From: Octopus vulgaris
Taxonomy: Eukaryota
Length of the DNA: 64,000 nucleotides
NCBI GenBank assembly: GCA_951406725.2
Contig: OX597815.1
Span: forward strand, 96,658,001-96,722,000
Direction of reading: 5' to 3'
The translations under genes and the position numbers were made by a program. Shown piece after piece: positions 55,951 through 64,000 of the stretch. Below the pieces are notes generated by a model. That model made no database searches, was not told the DNA's origin, and saw only the letters and a program-made list of their open reading frames with translations. The stretch's first letter is position 1; every line of letters begins with the position of its first letter.

Positions 55951-58900
55951 ACCTCTCAACTTCGGGGTCAGGGGAGTTCATAAAAGTCACAAGAGTTATT
56001 TCTAGTAAAGGCCTCTGTGTACTTTGGTGGGTCTTCGTATACTTTCACTGGCTTGGTCTCTTTCAGTCCAATAAGACATCTTAGTGGGAGTTCATAGCTG
56101 AGACTACGAAGTATTGATCTTGAAAGCAAGCATACCTGCTGCACAAGAAAACCAGTCCAAGGTATTGCATATCTTCACAGCTGATGGTCATGAACATTAC
56201 GCAGACTATATAAATTTTTAACTTCAAAATTAATTTTACCGATATGGTCGCTGTTCATACGCTAGACTCCGATATAGTCATTTTAATGATATCCTCAATT
56301 TATAATTTTATATACATATATATTTATACGTGCATTTGCGCGTGAATGTATACAATTATATTTAGTAACAAGAAGTATCCTCATGTTTAAACCATGTTGC
56401 ACAACTTATTCTGTGTGAAATGTTTTTAGAACGGATTATAACAATATCACGGATTATAAAAATATAACGAGGTGGAAATACAAGTCTGATGACTCGGTGA
56501 TGTCATTCATGTTCTAATGGTTTGATTTCACACGCATTGTCTATAAAGAATGTCTTTGAAGGGACATCTCCATGTTCTCCACACTTGAGCGTATGCAAAA
56601 GTTTTAAATATATCTACATTTTAATCGAAGCTGCCTGTAAGTAACTGCATAATATATCTGTGTCAGTTTGCATGTATATAAGCTGATTGTTTTGTTGGGA
56701 AATAATTTTGTTTCTGCGTGTAGTCCACGTTCCGCATTGCACTGTGTTTGAGATATTTATTTACATTGACATACTTTTCGATAAACTAGTTTAAAAGAGG
56801 TTTAAAATCTATATTCTCTTAGATTAAATGAAATTTTAAATATGATTATGTGGTTGTCGCTCAAATTAATTGTCAGATAAATGTAATTAGCTGTAATACG
56901 TTTTAACGTGACGAATTGTCTATATTAACATGTTGATACTTCGAAATTTAGTCGATGTCAATTGAATTAACGGGAGAGAAGGCGTTGTTTTTAACGCATT
57001 GAACGAAAATATTTCTAATACAATAATATCGACATTTAATAACATCAATGATTCTCCTATTCTCACTTGCCGTTTGTGTTCCAGTAAATGATTTAGCATT
57101 CAGAATGTATTATTGAACGGTAAATTATTTTAATTTATTGTTTTTTGTGTTAATTATTTTCGTCCTACACTTGCAGTTGAACACTGAGATTGTAATGCTT
57201 ATTTCGCTCTCATTTTTACTGGCAATAATGTCTATTGATCTCTAATTATACGCGAATAGAATTACAATTAGCATGCCCAGTGACTTAGTTCGGAAACATC
57301 TTCGCACGTTCATTTCTATCTCCTCATGTCCTCTAAACTATACTGACATTTTAGAACTACAAATATAGTTATTTGTAAATTTGGTTCTATAATTTTAAGT
57401 GGATAAATTTGCCGGTATTATATCTGAATAAAAAGTTTTACAAGCAACAACGTCTATTGGCTCCAAGCTATTCATCAATATAACTGTCGCAATCATGTTA
57501 AATTGTTTAGATCTACAACGAATTTGCACGTTTATCTCCGTTTCTATTTCTCTCCTTGTAAAACCTTATTTATTGTCACTATGTTACAAAATATTATAAG
57601 AAAAATGAATTGTCTTTCATGCAGCCAGTTTCGTAGAAACTCATGTAGTTCACTATGAAATCATATTCTTCATTAAAAAAAATATGAAGTTCGCGCTGTT
57701 GTGGTTTTACAAGTGTGCATTATTTTTCTCGATGTCTGTACTACATAATATTATTAGATAATATTTAATCATACTTTTTCATATAACGACAAGAGAAAAT
57801 AAAAGTATAGTGTGGGAATATTAGAGTCAGTTAGATTCGATTGGATACACCTTGACCTATATAAGATGATTCGACGAATTTTCTCAATCGGTAAACAAAT
57901 GGGTAAGTAGGCTGATGCTAATTTGTTACTCTATTTTCCGAGATCGAATCTCGCATAGAGTTTTCTTTGATTTTAATATTTCTGTGATGGATAGGATATG
58001 TTGAGAGCAAATAATTAAGTCGATTAAATTAATTTGATACTTACCGTAAAGGACTGAACTTATACCAAGCAAAGAACATTTGACATTCAGATGAAGAAGA
58101 GGGTGATACATTGGAATAGACTTTAGATGTTGGTAAAAAAAATTGACTGAAATTGTTTTACTCAACAAAATATTCGAATATTTTCAGTGCAAGGAATAAT
58201 TTTTTAGACGAAGGGGTTTGGTACATATAGTATAATCAAGAAAGATACATGTATAGTTAACAAAGTTATATTTACATTCCATTAATTTGCAGAGTTCAGT
58301 GGTTTGATTGAGACCATGCCGGAGCACTGCATTTTGTTAAAATTTATGTTCTAATTCTTAAATATATTCTCAAAAATTAGATAGCTCTTCAATGTATTAC
58401 TCATTGTGATATATTTACTAATTTAAAATCCTGATCATATATTATATCTCATGTTCTTACACAGAAAAAACACGCGGTTTATTGACGAACGCTACGTGTT
58501 TGTGAATCATAGATAATTTGAATTCCATACAAGTAACACTAGTGAAATGGCTTTGAAGGAAAAAGAAACGAATTCTAAACGTGATGTCTATGAAACAGAG
58601 TTTCAACTACTAATGATATCACAAATGTTTGAAATGTTATTACTGTATCGGATTTTGCAGTTCCAATTCTTTGAGTGAAATTTCTTAGACATTAACTAAA
58701 TACAGTTGGTAAAATTATGTAACATAATATAAGGCTAGTTTATATCATATATATATATTTTTAAATGAGCAGTTTAATCTAAATTTGTTTCTTTTATCAC
58801 TGTTGAAGATATTCTATCTTTGAGTTATTTATGAATACTTCTGCTGAACTTTATCTTGCATTGATATTGTTTTAATATTTCGTTTCAGTGATAACGTTTC

Positions 58901-60262
58901 CAAGATACATTAATTTTCTATTTTTGTTTAGTCTTAATCCTACAGAACACAGGTAGATAGTTCGAATAGAATAGCCATAAGATTTTGTAATGTATTTTTT
59001 TTTACATAACTGAGGGAAATTGAAGAAAATACACGTAACACTATTTGTTACGAGTTGAATAGGAAAAAGATTAAAATGAATGACTACCTTATCAGCAGGC
59101 AAGATTGAACGATTAGCTTATATTTTTAAATTCTCGAGAGAGATAAGAAGGAATGGAAAGAAATAAAATATAAACCTATTTTGGACTTTCCTCCCAAACG
59201 GAAATGATTTCGTTGGATATATTACATTTACAGCAATGTTAAAATATTATCTGTTTTATTTTTTGACGTGACTTTGTCTTGTTTATTTCTTTTCGTTCTT
59301 TTGCAACTTCCTCTCTCGATTTTTTTCATTCCTATCAATCAATTTTCCTCATTCTAATAGTTTCATTGCATTTATATATTGTTCTAATAGTTATTATTGC
59401 ATAATTTTAAATATTTTTCTGCGTTACCTTTAATGTTTTTGATTTTATTGTAATCTTCTTACAATTACATTGCTAAAATTACTTCCTTTTCTGATGTGTC
59501 AACCCAACTGTCTTAATATATATTGTTTTCAGTTTTTTTTATACATTATCATATTTTTTACCTTGAATTCCAGGAATAAACATATCTTGCAACAATACGT
59601 TTTTATCATGTAAAACTTTTTACCACCATTACAGTATATATCGATTCTATATGCACTAAGTAACAAACTGTGAATGAGTGAACAGTCGATAAATTTAACT
59701 AATATATTCAATTAACACTTGTATTGATTGCAGAAGTTCGTAAGGAAACGCAGCCTTAGTACCAGGAAAACTAAGTGCTTAAAAGTAAACACCAAATCAT
59801 ATTTTGACGCTATTAATGATATTAAGTTACTTCTATACTTCACAGAATAACAATAATTTTCCAAAACTTTCTGCCAATTTAAGGAACAATGGAGCACCCA
59901 ATACAATGTACTTCAAAGCCAACGTGTCAGTTGTCGTATATAGCATTTGGAAATGCCGGCCCAAAGAACACCCAATACGATCAGATGATAGATCTCATTA
60001 AAAATACAAGATTTAATTATGACAAGTTCACACTTTCAAGCACATTTGTACATATATTACAATATCGATTAACTTATGTGTTAGGCTAGCAATAGAACTC
60101 AATTTCTTATTTACAATTTACGAAATTGATACGTAAATGCTTCCACTGAACGTTATTTAAAAATATTTCCATGTTTGGGGTTAGCTGCAATTAGTAAACA
60201 TGAATAAGATTAGAAGATGCTTTGTGAAACAATGAGATAATTTAACAATATATATTCATAAG

Positions 60263-60464
60263 GTAAGGCGCGATCTTTTAGAATCGTTTGCACACCAGAA
60301 AAATGCTTAGCAAAGTTTCGTCCGTCGTTATTTTCTGAGGTTTATTTATGCTGGGGATTATTTTGCCTTTTGATAAAATAAGTAATATCTGCGCATCGGG
60401 TTCGATGTAGTCGACTAGCCCTTACCACAAAATTGCTCGTCTTTTGCCAAAATTTGGAACCAAT
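60263..60464 (+). mobile_element. SINE family B, decayed
   Basis: AGAATCGTT.GCACACC.G..AAATGCTTAGC...TTTCGTCCGTCGTTA.TTTCTGAG. Confidence 0.7.
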
Positions 60465-61382
60465 ATATATTCAAGCATTAGTTAAATGTTTTACTCAAAT
60501 ATTCCAATGGCCATGGATTGATAGAAGCACTAATACGTTGCAACATCTGTTTCGTGTTTATCCGTCCTACGTTCAAATCGCAATATAATAAATTTAGTTT
60601 TTCAGCCATCATTGAACCTACGTTAGAAATAAGTGCCCTGTGTGCACATTAGGAAATATAGAGTGAGGCATAGAAGATTATTGGTGAAAATGTTTGCACC
60701 ATTTCACATAATTGCTTTATTTCCATTTTTCTATTAGACGATATATTTCATGTAATAAATATTCATGATTCAAAATTGTTTTGCTTGAAATAACACCGAT
60801 TTATATGCTAACATAAATCAATCAAAATTTTGAACTGAAATCGAATTTGCTATTATTCCATGTTTTCCTGAGAATATTGAAAAACAAAGATATTTTAATC
60901 AATTTACTGGTTCGAATATTACTCCGATAATGTACTTTAGAATTAGTTGTGTTTATCATAGCAAAAACTAGATACAAAACAAATCAAATTTCGTTATTGC
61001 AATATATACATATCTTTTTATCTTTTTGCAATGCGGCACATACAAATATTCATTCACAAAGAAGCGCACACATTTCCCTCTCACACAACCTCATATATAT
61101 CGAAAAGTGTATGTATGCATACCTATGAGTATTTTGTATGTATGTATGAATGTCTGTATGCATGTAAATATGTATGTATATATGTATGTACGTACGTGTG
61201 TATGTGCATGCATATGTCAAGCAGGATCGCGAAATGTATTAATTTATTTTGTTTTATTGAAGTGATAATATGAATAAGATTTTTTGAAGCAGACTATCAG
61301 ATAATTTTATTATTATTATTATTATTATTAATATCATCGTCAACATTGTCGTCGTCGTCATCATCATTATTTATTTATTTCT

Positions 61383-61604
61383 GGCCCACAAGGGGCTAAA
61401 CATAGAGGGGATAAACAAAGACAGACAAAGGGATTAAGTCGATTACATCGACCTCAGTGCGTAACTGGTATTTAATTGATCGACCCCGAAAGGATGAAAG
61501 GCAAAGTCGACCTCGGCGGATTTTGAACTCAGAGCGTAACGGCAGACGAAATAACGCTAATCATATCGCCCGACGTGCTAACGATTCTGCAAGCTCGCTG
61601 CCTT
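61383..61604 (-). mobile_element. SINE family B, best-preserved copy
   Basis: Minus strand GGCAGCGAGCTTGCAGAATCGTTAGCACG...GAGTTCAAAATCCGCCGAGGTCGACTTTGCC (B-box-like), with an (AAT)-rich tail. Confidence 0.85.
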
Positions 61605-61623
61605 AATCATTAGTATTATTATA

Positions 61624-62430
61624 ATTCCCTTTCCACAGCTCCTAAGGCTGGAGATGTACTACAGTGTTCACTAACAGTGAACTAAGGTAACACCTCTTAT
61701 TTTTCGAGCATCTTCCGCAGTATTCGAGCGGTTCCAAGCAGTGCTGTTTTCTGCAAATGCTCCACCCTTACTGCATCTAATATTTGTTTCACGTAATTCT
61801 CGAGATTTTTGCTCACTGTTCCCAGGTCCCCGACAATTATTAGCACTACTGCTACCTTTTTCATCGACCGCAACTGCTTAACTTCCCAAGCTAACCTGTC
61901 ATGTCTCTCGACTTTTCTTTCTTCTTTATCGCATAGCTTGTTGTCAGCTGGGCATGATATGTCTATGATCCGGCATAGTTTGTTTTCTTTCTCAATTAAG
62001 ACTATGTCCAGCTTCCTATTCTCTATCTCCTGGTCGCACTGAATGGTGATATTCCATAGAATCTTTGCTTTTCTATTTTCGACAATACCTTCCAGTCGTT
62101 CCAAATGTTTACTCTGTCAAGTCCATACTTGTGGCAGAGTGTCCAATGGACAAGCCTGGCTATATCGTCGTGGCGTCTCTTATAATTCTTCTGGGCTAGT
62201 GGCGTACATTGGCTGGTAATATGCCATACGGTTTCACCGTTTTGTCCACAGATTCTGCACTTAAAACTTTCTGCTATGTTCTCTAATCTGTATTTTATGT
62301 AGTTTGTTCTTGGTGCTTTTTGTCATCCACAGTCATCTTATTTCTCTATCTGTCTCATCTTCAACATACCTATGAACTTGATATGCTTCTTTTCTTTACC
62401 AGCTATCTTCAGTTTCATTCGTTTTCAAAT
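61624..62430 (-). mobile_element. Dong/R4-clade non-LTR retrotransposon, 3' fragment (CCHC finger, RLE domain, 3' UTR)
   Basis: CRICGQNGETVWHITSQC (CCHC), YKRRHDDIARLVHW, and ORF 61697-62104 ILWNITIQCDQEIENRKLDIV...IIDISCP...KVERHDRL...LLGTARILRK. Confidence 0.9.
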
Positions 62431-62443
62431 TTTTGAATAGTGC

Positions 62444-62490
<47 letters not shown>

Positions 62491-62629
62491 CATCATTGTT
62501 GTTGTTGTTGTTGTTGTTAGTGTTGCTGTTGTTGCTGTTGCTGTTGTTGTTGTTTTTGTTTTGATTCCCGCTGTTCTATTTGCGGTTTTCTTTACTTGAA
62601 ACAAACAATAACAAAACACCAAAGATTTC

Positions 62630-63560
62630 AAGTAGTGCCTTCTCCTGTGACTCAAAAAGACAATACTCTCCTTAAAATGCGAGCCTTACCCATCAAAGCT
62701 CTCTTCCGGAACACTACGAGCCTGAGAGTAGCTCCAATATTCTCAATACTTTTTTCAAAGCTCTTGGGAACTACTTCTAACGCTCCAATCACCACCGGTA
62801 TAACCGTTATTTTCCTCGTGCACCATAACTTCCCTACCGCATCCCGCAGTGACTAGTATTTCTCTCTCTTTTCTGTTTCCTTACATTTCACCCTCGAATC
62901 GTCTGGTATTGTAACATCTATTATCTTTGCTTGTTTTACATCCTTTTTGATGCTCAGGATATCTGGCCGTCTCGCCTCTGTGACTTGGTTGCAATGCATG
63001 TTAAAATCCCAGAATATTTTTTAATGCTCGTTTTACATTATCCACTCTGGCTTGTGTTCATATCATTATAAGGCTATCTTGAGGTTTGTTTTAACTCACA
63101 ACAGCCAGTGGATATATCTGATAACATTGACATGTCTCCTTTTGTATTAATTGGAGCTCAACTACTCATTCCTGTACATTTCTTTCATCTTGTCTTCATT
63201 GTTCTTATTTCTTTCAATGATACCTATATACTATATACTTATATACTTCTTCTCCTACTCCTCTTATAGTTTCGCCAATTTGCAGCTTGATCCCATGTTT
63301 TTACTGTTTCCCCCACCCCTTTTGAGAATTATTACACCACATATCTCTATCCTAAATTCCATGCCAATATCTATGCTAATAATCTGCACAGTTGCCGTCA
63401 AACTCAATTTCTTTCTCAGTCTTAGCAAATAGATTTAGATCATCCATAACCCACAGATTCATTACTTTCACCATGTCTAGCATTCACACTACACACATCT
63501 TTCTTAAACGAAATCGACACATATCCTCCCCCAAAATGGCTGACCTTGTGTCAAGGTTTG
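62630..63560 (-). mobile_element. Second, divergent Dong/R4 element (RT fragment plus RLE), internally deleted
   Basis: VMDDLNLFAK (YMDD box) near 63420-63450, DIGMEFRIEICG, RRHVNVIRYIHW, IFWDFNMHCNQVTEARRPDIL...IIDVTIPDD and VIPVVIGAL. Confidence 0.85.
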
Positions 63561-63584
63561 AAACCATTAATATTATTATTATTT

Positions 63585-63922
63585 ATTGTCTTCGCACAGC
63601 TTCTATTGCTGGGGATGTACTATGGCGCCAGACGTTCACTTCTAGTGAACTAAGGTAACACTACGTACATTTCGAGCACCATCCGGAGTATTCTTAGCGG
63701 TTCCAAGCAGTGTTGTTTTCTGCAAGAGCTACAACCTTATTGTAGCCCGTATATGTTCCATGTAATTCTCGAGATTTTTACGTATTGTTCCCAGGGCTCC
63801 GACAATTATTGGTACTCCTACCAACTTTTTCATTGAACACAACCGCTTATCCTCCCAAGCTAACCTGTCATATCTATCGACTTTTTTCCTCCTTATTGCA
63901 TAGTTTGTTGTCAACTGGGTAT
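63585..63922 (-). mobile_element. Third Dong/R4 3' fragment (same family as 61624-62430)
   Basis: KVDRYDRLAWE..L..MKKLVGVPIIVGALGT..NLENY, with a 3' UTR homologous to 61630-61695. Confidence 0.88.
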
Positions 63923-63959
63923 GTTATAAATATATGCTCTATCATCATCATCATCATCA

Positions 63960-64000
<41 letters not shown>

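Noticed and set aside
59846-60001. Possible terminal exon after a pyrimidine tract and CACAG (NNNNFPKLSANLRNNGAPNTMYF...)
   Set aside because: No recognisable domain or partner exons; it would need RNA-seq support.

Overview
AT-rich, microsatellite-dense animal non-coding DNA (intergenic or intronic). The repeat landscape resembles an octopus/coleoid cephalopod genome, which is an inference from the repeats. I found no supportable host exon; most ORF-track entries are microsatellite translations. The window holds three tRNA-headed SINE families, decayed mariner, maT-like and Tigger DNA transposons, RTE LINE fragments, and a cluster of Dong/R4 restriction-like-endonuclease retrotransposons bounded by (TAA)n. 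The standout is a young ~2.1 kb Penelope-like element (46542-48654) inserted in (TA)n. Two ~760 bp near-identical inverted arms flank a stop-free GIY-YIG endonuclease frame. Each arm carries a complete type I hammerhead ribozyme with a palindromic minimal stem III. A third copy with a mutated ribozyme core lies at 2.8-3.0 kb, and further foldback or hammerhead-like relics sit beside (TA)n at 22.9-23.5 kb and 43.4 kb. All calls were made by eye, without database searches.
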